Assembly (NCBI GenBank): GCA_022605425.2
Contig: CM061253.1
Coordinates: 760,918-824,917, forward strand
DNA: 64,000 nucleotides
Origin: Hamiltosporidium tvaerminnensis FI-OER-3-3
Lineage: Eukaryota; Fungi; Microsporidia
Direction: 5' to 3'
Of this stretch, positions 22,450 to 35,930 are shown in pieces; the stretch's first letter is position 1; every line of letters begins with the position of its first letter. Below the pieces are notes generated by a model. That model was not told the origin of the DNA, ran no database searches, and worked only from the letters and a program-made list of their open reading frames with translations. A program made the translations under genes and the position numbers.

Positions 22450-24990
22450 TAATGTGTGCTCATATATACCTAGATTGAAGATTATAAGACACTTTCGGTT
22501 TGAAAGAAAATCAGAAAATATATTGTCTGACTTTTGAATTATTCGGAATCAAATAAAAAAATATCTATCAGAAATTCAGTAGATATTAAAATTTAACAGA
22601 ATAATAAAAAACATCATAAAGTAATAGTACTTTTTTCCTGGTAAAAGATAGTTGTAATAAAAAGATCAATAAAAAGTTATTGAAAAACTTAACTACAAAA
22701 TATATTTTACGATTTAAAAAAAGGAATTGGAGACAAGGTAAAAAATCTAGCAAAATTAATTATAAGTATTGTTATTTCTCCAATAGCCTGGGAAATTGAG
22801 AACAAAATAATATGATAAAGTAAACTTTTGTTGGTATTAATGTTTAAATAAATGTTTTAATACAATAAAACCTTTCAATATTGTGGAAATAGCAGAAAAT
22901 CGGTAGAGTATTTACCAAAAACAAAATGTCCTGGTATTAATATATAAGAATTTATAATGGTTTAATTAGGTATTTATTCCTGTCTTTTTCAATATATATA
23001 CTTGCGATTTACAACGAAAGAGCGCTTATATTCAAGAAACATTAAAAATAGAATATGCGGAAATATGAGTAGATACATGAATAAAAACCAATTATTTATA
23101 AATCATTAAAAACATATATTTATTTTGGATAAGAAATAAAATTAAAACATTCATATAGCTAAGGAAACATTTCGATTCGCGCATATTCCTGAAATAAAGA
23201 AATCCAAAACTACGAAATATAAGCAAAGACTATTGATCTTATTAAGTGTATAGTATAGAGAAGATCCCTTATTTGATAAATAGAGACAGTTTCGTAACAA
23301 GACATCATGAAAACGAGTCTAAATAGCCCCATGTATAAATAGAAAGACGATTTTGCTTCGGTAAATATTATTCAAATGACAGGCGAAACATTTCTGTTTA
23401 TTGAGGAAAATATTCGTACTCAAGTAAAAATTCAACTTAGATCTATAAAGTGCATAGTTGAGGCTATGCAAAGAGCTAAGTAAGGCGTAAAACGTTTACT
23501 TACAGTATAATACTCTTTAATAATAAGAAGGATTATAGAACAGCAGTAAAATTAATGAACTCAACTGTAACTATAATGACTGAAATTGTGGAATTTGGTC
23601 TAGATAAAAGACTTGGTAAGTAAAAAACGGAAAGAATCAGAATCAAGCCCTCTTATATAAGAGGGAAAAATAAATTATATCAAATAAATTTTATTTTTAA
23701 GCATGAGCCTATCAAAGTCATTTTATGATTAAAATAGAAAATAATTCCTCTTTTAGAACATTTCTATCTAATAATTCTAAATAAAATAACAGAATATATA
23801 GAAAGAATATACTCTGGAATAAAATAAAGCAAGAATGATAAATATTTGGTTATTTACATATTTATTCGAGTTATTTGTTAAATCCTGGTATTGTTGATTA
23901 AACAAACATATTTGTATATCAAGCATTTTGGTGAAAGAAGAATTCTTACAAAAGAAATTATAATAAATCCCACTTTCAAAGTTATATAACGAAATCGAAA
24001 ACCGAAAAATTCACTCAAAATTATATAATGCAAGCGAAATTAACCTTGAAACTGTTTGTAAGTCTTCAAAATGGCTAAAGAAAGGAACATTGGCTTACTG
24101 GATAAAACAGTGTTCAGCTATATTCAAAGTAGAAATGTATTCTAGAGACTAGAAGATATGTGCAGCTTGGAAATATATCTGGTACTTCAAGAAGATCAAG
24201 TAGCGAATCAATGTGAGAATAATTTTGATCATGACCATAACAGAAAGAATGTTGAAATGTTTTGAAGCCCAGATCTGCTTCTACTAAATATATTCAAGTT
24301 TAAGTCATTAAAACATGCAGGACCAGTCAGTTTGAGGCACAATTGAAAATGAATATTCAGAAATTAGAGTTTATACCAGAATAAAAACGGATGTCAAGAT
24401 TCTGAACAAATAATTCGATTTATTTATTTCAAAAAAAAGAAGAAATAGGGTAAAGCTCGGTATTTTAGGAATTAATTACGAAGACTTACTTCAAATGATT
24501 GAAATTGAATAACTAAGAAGTATGGCTTATAAGCAATGATATACGTCTTTTTAATGAATGTAATATTGAAATACTCTATTTTATGAAGACTTGGAACGTT
24601 ACTGTGACAAAATACTATAAAGATTACCTTAAAAGAGAAGAAATATTCATAAATGTGGAGGCATATAATCCGTCGATATACTTATAAATACAGTCGAAAC
24701 AATTTCCTTTGAACGACAAAAAACCTAATTTAAAACCAAACGTCGAAGTGAGTTGTGAACTAGCGTCAAAGAAAAGGGTGTTATTAAGAGAGCCAAGATA
24801 CCCGAGGAACCAATACTGCTTTAAACAAGCCAGTAGCGAGGAATTATTTATTAATAATTCTACAAATAATATTACACTCTTATTTTAGATCGAGAAACAT
24901 ACTAAAGAAACTGTCAATAAAATAAATGAAGATTCCGATTTGAAGAAGAAAATATGGTGTTACAAGAAAATAAGAAAATATATAAAAGTG
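22450..24990 (+). mobile_element. Heavily decayed RLE-type non-LTR retrotransposon
   Basis: Segments 23985-24035, 24225-24310 and 24361-24430 match the reverse complement of the element at 48530-50740; 5' boundary uncertain. Confidence 0.75.
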
Positions 24991-25099
24991 TGATAAACCA
25001 TTTTAACTCAGAAATCTATCAAATAATCATATGCATTTCTTAGAAAAAAATCTTTGAAAATTTTTTTAAGAAACCAAAAAAACCTAAATCCACTTAATT

Positions 25100-26400
25100 G
25101 CGCTGCTGACAATTCTTTTTTTTACATTATCGTCTTCTAATTCTACTATAATATTAATAAGTATTTAAGCTACGATAAAAACCGAAACATTTTGAAAAGA
25201 ATAAAACAAAGCGCGTTTGTCTTTGTATTCATATCGACCTTTTATTTTATTAGAACTCTATGATAAATATGGAGTTTTATTATGATCTAATTAAACCTTC
25301 AAAGTCTATGAGTTTTTTTTATATTTGTAAGAATACTTACATACCTATGCATCAGTTTCAAGATTCTTATCAATATCAAAGCCATGGGTGTAGAAGTTAA
25401 AGCAAAATAGGAGAATAATTGACTAACTTATACATTTCAGATGTAATCTCTAAATTCCACTGTGTATATTTTCAATTATTATCATTATAAGCTTATACTT
25501 CATAACCAATTTTGTCAAAAAATACAAAGTCTTTGTTTATTTTGTGTCAATATATCACCCAAAACCAGCTTAATAAACGCGAATTGTACAAAAAAAGCTG
25601 AAAATGAGATATTTCTTGAGACCATGTATTGTTCTATCAACTTCATATAACACCATTGTGAAAATATGCCAAATTTTGAACCAGGTTCGTATAACTTTTA
25701 TGTTACCTATCTTTTATTGTTTGATTTCAAAGTTCAAACAATGTCTTCGTGCTTTGAGGTTGCATGGGGTTTCATTCATGATTTAATGCTAAGATCCCCT
25801 AAGAATTTTTCTATCATTTAACTTTTAACTTTTTTACTCATATCAGACTGGATTGCTATTTGGCTATTTAATACTCAAAAAAGAATGTTAATAGATCTTT
25901 TATAGGCCGTGAAGCTGCTTATATCCCCTTAAAACACCTGAGATAACTCTAAAATTGGATGAAATTTAGAACATAATAATACTCCTTCTTTGGATAAGTC
26001 ATTCTACAGCGATTTACACAATAAATCAAATTTATGTGTAATATTGTTTCTATGAATTGGCAGGATTATCTGCAAATAATCTAATCTACTATGTTTCTGG
26101 CATATTTTAGATATTCACTGCTCATTATGCTTTAGAAATTTCATAATATTTTTGTTTAATAACCAATTATTTATGAATTCGCAATGCGCTAATAGTGATT
26201 TGTCTTAATAATATGTTGAATTAACATCATTTACAAATCATAAAACAACCTTCCGCATTTTTCCAACGCTCTTTTAAGCAACGAATATCACAAGGCATTG
26301 TGATTGATTTGAATTTCTTCTCATAATATTTTTTTTATTATGTTAAGTTTAAGTATCTAGTAATCAGCTGGTCTTACAAAAAAGCACCTGAAATATAGTT
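25100..26400 (-). mobile_element. Decayed rve-integrase (Ginger-like) DNA transposon remnant
   Basis: Reverse-strand remnants resembling P.IQSD(NGKEF), QPQS...E..NQTIK and DMNTKT; many stops. Confidence 0.5.
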
Positions 26401-27536
26401 ATCTTCTTTGTTTTGACAACCCAAAACCTTGAAACCTGACTTACATTGTTTTCTATTAATAATAATCTATAAATTTCGGAAGAAATATGAAATTAAGATT
26501 TATATTGATTTTAAAAGCATATTCATTGGTATAGAACATTTAAGCCAAAATTTGGTTGCTTGCAATTTGCTATCGAGCTTCAAAGCATTTAATCAACCTA
26601 TAATTTAAAAAAAATATAGAATGTAGTAAAATTTTGCACTGTAATTATTTGTATATAGATTGTCTATCCTTCGTTTAGATATAAAGGCTATAATAAGACA
26701 GTTTTTTTATGGGTAATACAAGTGGAGCAATGCATGGTGAAGAAAATACGAAATAATCTGAAATTTTAGGATAGAAGGATAGAGTAAATAACATATATCT
26801 ATTGTTAAAAAATGTGTTAATAATATATAAAAGTATGTAGGAATTAACGGGTGTGTATAAGGCAAACAGTGCACTTTGGGCCTTGAACATTTATTTCCTA
26901 ATGTAACTTCTAATTTCCATTAAAAATTTCGAGACATATAATTGGTCTTAAATTATAAATTTAAAGTTTTAAAAAAAATATTTCCTATTTGTCAATATTT
27001 TTAAGATTACTATTTTTCAGAAAACTTCATGTCCGTGAAAAAATAAAGCTAAGAAATATTTCATGCAAAGTAGAATGCTAACTATAATAAAATAAAAAAT
27101 TCTCATATAAAATGAAATGAGTTGATATTTTGCAAATAAATTCTATATGTGTTTTAGATAAATTTACTTGTAATATTATTCTGTCATATAAGAAGTTCGG
27201 ATTTTTAAATCCGATAATACAACATATTTAAATCATAGATCTTATTATCAAAATATAAATTGTATATACAATTGAAGATAATTTAGTTTATAGGAATATA
27301 ATCCAAGTATTAAAATATTACATTTATTCATAATCTTCTGCAGTGAAACAAATTTGAGATGATACTGAAGTTTGATAAATAGCTTTTTCTATATAGAATT
27401 TTTTGTAGTCTAATGTGTATTCTGAAAAATTTGATTGTAAAAAAATTCTAAAAAATGTCAAATAAAAAATAGAATATTCGAGATTTTAAAATATAGATTT
27501 TTTTCAAATATAAAATGAAATTCAAATCACCATACA

Positions 27537-28763
27537 ATGAATTTCAATCGTTTATGCCTTTTTATATATTTATATATTCCAAATTTTCTCTACGCAACAT
27601 TTACGAATATTTTGCCTAAAGATGGTGAAGAAAGAAGGCGCGATATTAATTTTACATTGTTAAGTCTCGAAATAATCGCAAATTATCCATATAAAAATAT
27701 AGAATATCTTGCGAGCGGTGGATATAGTTACATATTCAAAGCTACTGATGTTTTCAATGGTGAAACTGTAGTAATAAAAATACCAAAATCGGAGAAAGAT
27801 CAAATTTCTCTTCCTACCGAGAAAGAGTTTTTGGATAATTGTGATCATCCAAATATCATAAAATGCAATCGTGAAATAGAAATAAATAATAAATCATGTC
27901 TGGTGTTACCTTTCTATGAAGATACCTTAGAATCAGTATTTTTAAACGATTCTTTGGATGACAATGACATAAGATTTATTCTCAAACAAATTTTAGATGC
28001 TTTAAAACATTTACATAGTAAAGGAAAAATACATAACGACATAAAAAGGAATAATATTTTACTTAAAGACAAAAAATTTGTGAAAATTATTGATTTTGGT
28101 TTGAGCTGTAGAACGAATGAATTAATACACATATTCGAAGGTTATGATTCAAATGAAATAGAGAAAATACCCGATTTTTATTCACCTGAAATGAAAAGAA
28201 ACGAGCCATTAAACGAAAAAAGCGATATGTGGAGTCTTGGATACATCGTTAAATATTTAAAACAGAAAATTAGGTGGATTTCACTGTACGAAGAAATGTT
28301 CAAATCTTCAGATTATTCCAATTTTGTGTCATGTTTTCTAAATAACGAAGCTGAGAAGAGAATAAGTGCATCAACTGCACTTATGAGTAATTTTTTTGAA
28401 GGTTTTTATGAATTTATGTATTGTTTTTGCAAAATTAAAGATCAATCTTTTAGCACACCCGGATATACATTTTTTAAACTAAAAAATCGACTTCATATTA
28501 ATTATTACGAATATAATATTATCATTTATTGTGGTTGTAGTATTGAAGCAAAAAACTTTTGCAGTGAAAAAATAGTTCAAGCCAAAACCAAGGATATATC
28601 ATTTTTCAACTCAGATAATTCGCAATATTTTAATTTTGGTGTACATTGTACTTATATGATAAAGATTAACTCCGCTTATTATTTATTATGTGAATTGAAT
28701 GTGTTTGAATTAGAAAATTTAAGCCGGATTTTTAAATATTTTATAGAGAATATTTTAAAGTAA
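27537..28763 (+). CDS. Putatively secreted Ser/Thr protein kinase, paralog 2 (408 aa)
   Basis: ASGGYS, VVIK, HNDIKRNN, DFG, YSPE, DMWSLG; signal-like N-terminus; same C-terminal domain. Confidence 0.93.
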   Translation: MNFNRLCLFIYLYIPNFLYATFTNILPKDGEERRRDINFTLLSLEIIANYPYKNIEYLASGGYSYIFKATDVFNGETVVIKIPKSEKDQISLPTEKEFLDNCDHPNIIKCNREIEINNKSCLVLPFYEDTLESVFLNDSLDDNDIRFILKQILDALKHLHSKGKIHNDIKRNNILLKDKKFVKIIDFGLSCRTNELIHIFEGYDSNEIEKIPDFYSPEMKRNEPLNEKSDMWSLGYIVKYLKQKIRWISLYEEMFKSSDYSNFVSCFLNNEAEKRISASTALMSNFFEGFYEFMYCFCKIKDQSFSTPGYTFFKLKNRLHINYYEYNIIIYCGCSIEAKNFCSEKIVQAKTKDISFFNSDNSQYFNFGVHCTYMIKINSAYYLLCELNVFELENLSRIFKYFIENILK

Positions 28764-30009
28764 TTCAAAAGTAAATTTATTAAAAATAATCTTAAAAATG
28801 TTTTTTTTCAAAGTATTTGTAATTTTTATATTTCTCAAATAATATAAATATGGTGGCTCTAATTGTTTGATTTCATTATTGATAAATAATGTCTCGGAGA
28901 TTAAAATTTAAATTATTTTTTACACTGTACCAAACATAAGGAAATTATTTTCTTAATATTGTCTAATCAAATATTTGTTTTAAAAAAAATGGATTTAGAT
29001 GAAGTAAATTATTATAAAATTCAATAATAAGTGTTATAAGAAAAAATTAAGCATTCTAGGTTCTAACACTGATTATCTAAAAACAATCAAGTATTCAGGA
29101 TCTTTTCTGCAAAATAAAATGTATAAAAACCTATTTACTTTCTAAATATTTATTTAATATATAATTTAAACGAAGGACACATTATTATTATACTCTTGAA
29201 AAAAACTAAATTTATCTTTCTTGTAGCTCTCTTATTCATTATTTCTTATTTATACAATATACTCTTCTTAAATATATAATACTTGTTTCTGTAACAGGAT
29301 GCATATAATATTTTGGTTAATAATCCATTAGTTAAAACTCCACCAATCTTGTATCCCATTATATTTTTGTTTTCGATACTCAACCAACTTTTTAAGTCTG
29401 AAGAAGATGGTGTTGTTTATTTTTAAAAACATGAGTATTTAAAACACTTGCGTTTTAAATCAATAAATATTATTACAAGGAAATACATAAAATAAAATTC
29501 TTATAGAATTAATATCAGCTTTATGTTTACTAAGAATCTTATTGAATTTTATGAAAATAAAATGAGATGCCCGGTAAATTTTAATATTATTAACATTGAA
29601 ATCTACTTGAATGAACTGAGCAAGTAAAGTTCTAATATCTAAACTTTATATTTCAATGGTTTTAGAGGGTAGGCCTAACCCTCTGGCCAGATGATTTGTA
29701 ATATCGAGAAGTGAAATCAAATAATTCGCATCTGCTATTTTTAAAATTTTTTTTGATAAACTAGCATGATTTGAAAAATGAATTTATAATTAAAATTTCA
29801 GCTATTGAATTTATCTAAATTATAAACCAAACATATTGTATATGAAGTAAAAAATTTATAACTGTAAATTACCAAGTTATTAAACAATTTTTAAATAATA
29901 GATATGTCACGGGCAATTTAAATTATTGTGCATTATCATAATAACCAAAAGGAATGGGCAATTTGATAAATTTTATATTTCGTTTGAAAATAACTAATAT
30001 ATTGAAGAA

Positions 30010-30470
30010 AAGGGAGATTTCAGCAAAAAAATCTTGACAAACAAGCTGAAAAAATGCTTAAAATAACCATTTAATATACGCTGGCGTTAAAAGGGTATCA
30101 TTGTGAAAGTTTAGGTCTCAGATGTCGATAGAGGTTGCTCTGATGCAAGAAACATTATGGCATTTGTTCTGGAAATAACAGATGCCAATCTTCAATTATT
30201 AGGCCTCAAACATAAAATCTTGGGCCAAGTTTACGGGAGTTATCAATTTACAATATGCAATTCAAACGTTTTTTTCTGCATTGAAGAAATTCCAAAAGTT
30301 GAGATTTTGTTAAGGGAATGTGCAAGAATGTCATCCAAGACGGAGTGCAAAGGTGATAATCAATCTGGCTAGAAAGTTAGATGTACATATGACAAATGCA
30401 AGTGCCGTAAAGGAAAAAAGCATTGCGACTCAAAATGCTACGAAAAAAAGCTGCCTAATAAATAAAAAGC
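30010..30470 (+). mobile_element. C-terminal remnant of Ginger/KRBA2-like integrase transposase
   Basis: Translates to KNLDKQAEKML...DVDRGCSDARNIMAFVLE...YQFTIC...LRECARMSS...KCKCRKGKKHCDSKC, the Cys-rich tail typical of this family. Confidence 0.7.
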
Positions 30471-32169
30471 TTAGATTTGACATATTTATTGTTTGTACAT
30501 TTGCTTTTCGTTATAAGAGCTTTTTTCTATAATTTTTTTTACATTGGTGAAAGTTTCTCTTATTTTTGTATGCTATAAAATATTTGTAAAAATTCTCTCA
30601 AATTTCCCAATTTTATTGGTCATTATGTATAATGCCCAAAAATTTTACTTACTCTTAACATAAAATTCCAAACAGAATATATTCGATTGAATAAATAAAA
30701 GAAAATCTTATATATTTACTGTCTTAATATATTTTGAATATTTTAAAGAATTAAGATTCAAGAAAATATACTTCTTATTATTTTTTCTTATAAAACTTTT
30801 TTTTTAGAATCCAACTTTTCACATTTCATACTTATATCGTACAAAATATCCTTGAAAGGCTTGGCTTTACACTAATAATCCTCATTCATCAGATATTTGC
30901 ACCAAATTATTAATAGAAACACAATGAGATATTCTGGAATCTCTCTACTAGCATCTATCCATTAATTTTTTAGTGGATTTTAATTCTTTTATTATAAAAT
31001 GTGTCTTTCAAATTTTACAACAGCTCTTTCGCAGATAATTTTCTAAATGCTTAATTACCTTGGTTTCTTATCTTAATACCGAGACCATGCTATCTTTATG
31101 TCCTATATAACTTAATTCTTTTTAGGCCTCTATCTTCTAATCTAGAATATCGTTGCCTGACTTCTTTGATTAATTTTTCATCCTTTGTCTAAGCAAACCA
31201 CACTTTACATGCCATTATTTATTGTTTCAAAACATACATCAATTCGCTCAATCATGAACAATTATATTTGCTTTCTCGCGTTTAAGCACATTTGAGTTTA
31301 GAATCAACAAATTGTAGAGAAAATTCAGTCTTATTGTCTTTTCATTAGATTTGTAGTGTTATTACCACGCTGGTTCGGAAATTTTTTTAACTATGTAACT
31401 CTATAACCTTAAATTTTTATGAGTCTATTCATAAAAAAACTTGCAAATTACTTAGCAGTTGTGAAATTTCAAACATTACGTTCTCGCTTTCATTCATTTT
31501 GATATAAATTCTTTTAATCTGAAGCTATGAGTCAAGAAGCAGTTTCAACTCCTTGTTTTGCGTTGCCTATACTCTGGTCATACGCACAAACTACGCATTA
31601 AGCCATCCTATCAAATACAGAGCAATTAAGGGTTTTCATCAACTTGAATAACATTTCTTCCAATTTATTGCCATTTCTTACAAGATTTCATTCCTGTTTT
31701 TTTATTCCTCAATACATGTCACAATGTAAAACATTTACTGCGAACGACTATATTTAATTTGCTCAAACTGATCATTTAAATACACCAATAATATTCATAG
31801 GAATTACCTGTCTTCTGATGTCTTTATGAATTCATTAAGATCAATAATATTATAGACTTTCCAGTAATAAAAAGCAAATTATTGGTTCGGGAAGTTACAG
31901 TTAGAACATTTTTCGATAATAATTATTTGGCAAACTGCATAATTTCGAAGTTAACAAGCTAAGTTTAAGTATTTTCTACTCAAAATATTGTCTCTCAGGA
32001 TATTTTTGTTTGCTAAAATAGAACCCATTTTGGGGAATTTAGAAAATTAAATTCTTTAATTAAATCCATTATTTGGTATCATTTTTTGTGTAAATCTGTC
32101 AAATTAATCCTTCTGGCCATTCGGTCTCTTTCTTTTTTAAATCAATATCATATCCTTTGAAAACAACGA

Positions 32170-32780
32170 CAACTGTAATATCCATTCGTGACGTTAAAGC
32201 AGTTCTAGGTTTAATGTAAATGCTGTTCTCCCAGTACATCACAGAGTCCTCATATAATACTTACATCACCAAGCCTTTCATCTAAAAGTATTTAGAACCT
32301 AATTAATGGGTTAAACGGATACCTGGTGTTCGTTTATAATCATTGCAGGAGCCGAAATCGTAGGTCGAAACCTACCCTGGATTAGCTTCAGATTAAGCAG
32401 CATCTCCACATATTCTCTGGATTTTTGACCTAAAAACATTGAGCTATACATATCTCGGCGACGTACATGGTTCACACAGACAGTTCAACATCATACCAAC
32501 AGATATCTTCTGATACTAAGATCTCATGGCTTTTAAATTTTTTGTTTTTTCATCTCGAAGATGTCATATCTTTAACCCAAATGACTAAAGCTGGTTTTGC
32601 GTGCTTTAACGTGGCAGTTACCTACAAGTTTGATTTTACTTTGCGATCTAGTTATTATAAAAAAAGAAGTTAGGTTTTAAGACTGTGATTGCACTGATTT
32701 CGTTGATCTTCTCCTTTAATAAACATCAAGGAAATAACAAAAATTTACCGAGGCTTTTTTCTCCTAAAACTAAAGAAAAA
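32170..32780 (-). repeat. Copy D of Trp-rich decayed coding element
   Basis: Reverse complement ggt aac tgc cac gtt aaa gca (GNCHVKA), tgg tat gat gtt, attaattaggttcta, tagatgaaaggctt, aaacctagaactgc. Confidence 0.8.
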
Positions 32781-35199
32781 AAATTTTAAATAAATTTAAC
32801 CATATCATTGATAAGCCAATTGTTTTTAACTTTGTTATCTTCTATTCATCAATATTTTATAAATACTTAGAAAATATTTTATTTACTAAGTTTCCGATTG
32901 CAAACTCATTTTAAAACAATTATATATTTTTTTCTACTTCCTAAACCACTAACTTTTATGATGTAAATATAAAATAATCATTTATATTTATCTACAGTTC
33001 TTGTTGTGTAATTTGTTCCTCTATTAAAGAATAAGGATATAATATTTTTTGTTTTTACGTATTTGACACCATCTTCCTCGTTCCTAGTCTTTCTTAAAAT
33101 AGAAGTTGATTGTCGGTGATTTGAATTTTTGTATAACCAGATAAATGCCTTATCAACGCTCTTCGGTGTTTACTTCTGGCTTATTTCCTCTTAGTCGATC
33201 CAAAAAAATCTTTTGACTTCCTTTTTATGCCTTATCAAGTCGATTCATGCCAATATGCTCATGTATATTTACAGTCTCTCTGAAAACAAAGCTATGTTCT
33301 AGAAATTATGCAATATGAAACACAGACGAAAATTTAATATTTTTAGCCAAATTATTGACATGCACACTAAAGTTGACTCATTGTAACAAAAATGATTTTA
33401 TAACTAGATAATTTAAATAAAAATTGATCATTTACTTTACCGAATACATACCGAGGTCAAAACTGGATATAATTTATGTTTTTGGTGATTACATTTGTGT
33501 TTACAAAAGTTTTGTTATTACCTAGTTTAAGCACGACATTATATTTGTCCAGTTTTTATCTTTCAACACCTAGTATCAGATAAATAGATATTGAAGTGAG
33601 CTTTTAAAATGTTCCAAATAAGGTAAATTAGAAAACCTTACCTTTTTCTGTTCCGAAGATATCTTCATGGGTATTTTACAGCAATTTGTTCCCTTATCTT
33701 ATTTGTTATTATGTAACAATGTAAAGCTCTATAATAAATTTTTATTTTATCTTTTTAATACAGTTTTTGGTGTATTTTCGAGGATTTCAATTCCGAATCT
33801 ATAGTATTTAATAGTTAAAGATTCCGGATGGTTTTATTGCTCAGAAATTTCAACTTAGGTAATTTTTATTGTTTATAAAGTTTTTAGAGAGGATTTGAAC
33901 AGAAATTAAAACATGAATTTGTTTTAACTAAGATAAAAATAAAATATTATTTAACTGATAAAAAATGCGCTTTCATAGTGTTATTGCTAAAAAAATAATT
34001 TAATAAAAAAAATCAAAAGCTACGAGTTCATAAAACAAAAAATTGTTTAGAAAAACACAAAAACATTTATAAAAAAGCACTTTATGACGAAAGGTTTTAA
34101 AATGGCATTAGATACACAATATATTCGCTATATGTTCACAAATATGGCAAAGATAATATTAAAAAATTAAAAATTCCTTTATATTGATCAAGATGAAGAA
34201 ATAAATGAATAAATAGCAAATTTCTTACTCTACTTGAGATATCAATCAAACGGGAGAATATTTCTATAATACACACTGATTTACAATATCTGAGAATTCA
34301 TGCAACAGATCGTGTTGATCTAAGAAATCCTGCGAATGAAAATTCCAAATATGAGTGAATTGTAATTAGTACAGATTGTAATTTAAAACTTTTTTTCATT
34401 TGTATTGAAAAATAAAACATCCTAATTATAGTGCCTGCCTCAAAGGGAATATTAAATATTAACGCGCCTCGAATACTTTAAAAAGCGATAACGATAATTC
34501 CCAATTTCGTTGTTATATAATTTCTAAGTTTGCATGGAGTAAGGGTTGAATGAGAAAGGCCATGTTGAAATAATGCATTAAATGGTGTTAAGAAAAATTG
34601 CTAAGAGATTTCTGGTTTCGAAGAGGTTGAAATTTTTGATAAGATTGTATCAGAATAACATATATCTTGAAGTAAGCAGATAATATACCACTAGTGCAGA
34701 CATTTCGAGTTCGGACAGGTATATAATAGTGCCTTCCGTCACCAATTCAAAATACGGAAGAATTTTCCGAATCAATTGAAGACAAATCAGTCCTTAAATA
34801 TAATTTAGAATTTACAGAAGAAACAAACTATATACCAATATAGTAACGTAAAACCGCAAATCAAAATGATTAGCAACGAAACAATTGATATGATATGTAG
34901 ATACATTTAATTTCAAGAACATTCAAAGACTCCGATGTTTATTACCATTATATCGCATTTAATCCGAGGGAACATGATACTTATTTGAAGATCTTTCGAT
35001 AAAAATCAATTCACACGAAAAAATAAAATAGAGAGGTTGCATGAAAAAATGAAGTTATTTGTTATAAATAAAAGACTGGTTCTATTTTTTTAGAGTCACC
35101 TTCGAAAAGGATTCAGGTTTCTTAAAAATTATTTCTAAAAACAGATTGAAGAAACAAAAAAATCAAGTATCGTTCGTTATTATTATTTATTTCTTTATA

Positions 35200-35930
35200 T
35201 TTATTTGTAGTGGAGGGAGGATAACCACATAAAGAACTTTCTGCTTGGCAATGAGTGTATGAAACTGATATAAGGTCATTGTTTGGATTTTTACTTGGAA
35301 TTAAACCACACTACATCTTCGGTTGTTCCATGGGAGTTGTTATGAGGAGAAGAGGTCTATGAAATGGCGAAACTTTTTCTACAAATTTATTTGTAGTTTT
35401 TTATGTAACCAGATTACAGACCGCAGCTGAACATATAGGTAATTGCCATGATAAAGCATGGAAACCTAGCCTTGCTCACTCGGGTTAGAAGACTTAGCGC
35501 CTGGGAGATACAAAACAAAAAACCATTTAAAGCCAGGAAAGCTAAGTAGCAGGTTATACCTGTTCGTATGACATTGCACTGTCTAGGTAAACCTCATGTA
35601 AATCTCTGAAATATATCTTAGCTAGAAGTTTATTGGGTTCAGAAAGTGTAGAGTAAGTGGGAATGCTGCATAGTCTTGGGGGAGCCAAGGGGGGGGGGCT
35701 TCGGCCTTCGATCACACTCCATGCAACGGACATTAACGAACTCCGGGCAACTACCTCGCCTATTAATTAGGTTCTATACACCTAGTAGATGAAAGGCTTT
35801 GGGGCGTAGGTATCGCAGGGGTTACCGATGGAGTTTTGGGTAGCAGTTATTTATGTTAAACCTAGAACTGCGTTAATGTCATAAAAACAAATATAACACT
35901 TGCCACTATTTTAAAAAGATGTGATACTTT
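35200..35930 (+). repeat. Copy E (longest, best preserved) of Trp-rich decayed coding element
   Basis: One long reading frame interrupted mainly by in-frame stops; homologous to seven other loci in the window. Confidence 0.9.

Noticed and set aside
29664-29684. Short GC-rich hairpin AGAGGGT-aggccta-ACCCTCT
   Set aside because: Single occurrence with no associated element; could be chance
30900-32100. Possible additional decayed retroelement (also coding-like texture at 18500-20500, 33000-35100 and 41800-44500)
   Set aside because: No motif could be read with enough confidence to call a family
35664-35690. HSLGGA resembling a lipase nucleophile elbow
   Set aside because: Lacks the first Gly of GxSxG and is not conserved in other copies
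35200-35930. Element considered as a structured ncRNA (telomerase RNA, SINE) or MITE/solo LTR
   Set aside because: No CTAACCCT template, Pol III boxes, TIRs or TG...CA ends seen; substitution pattern is codon-like
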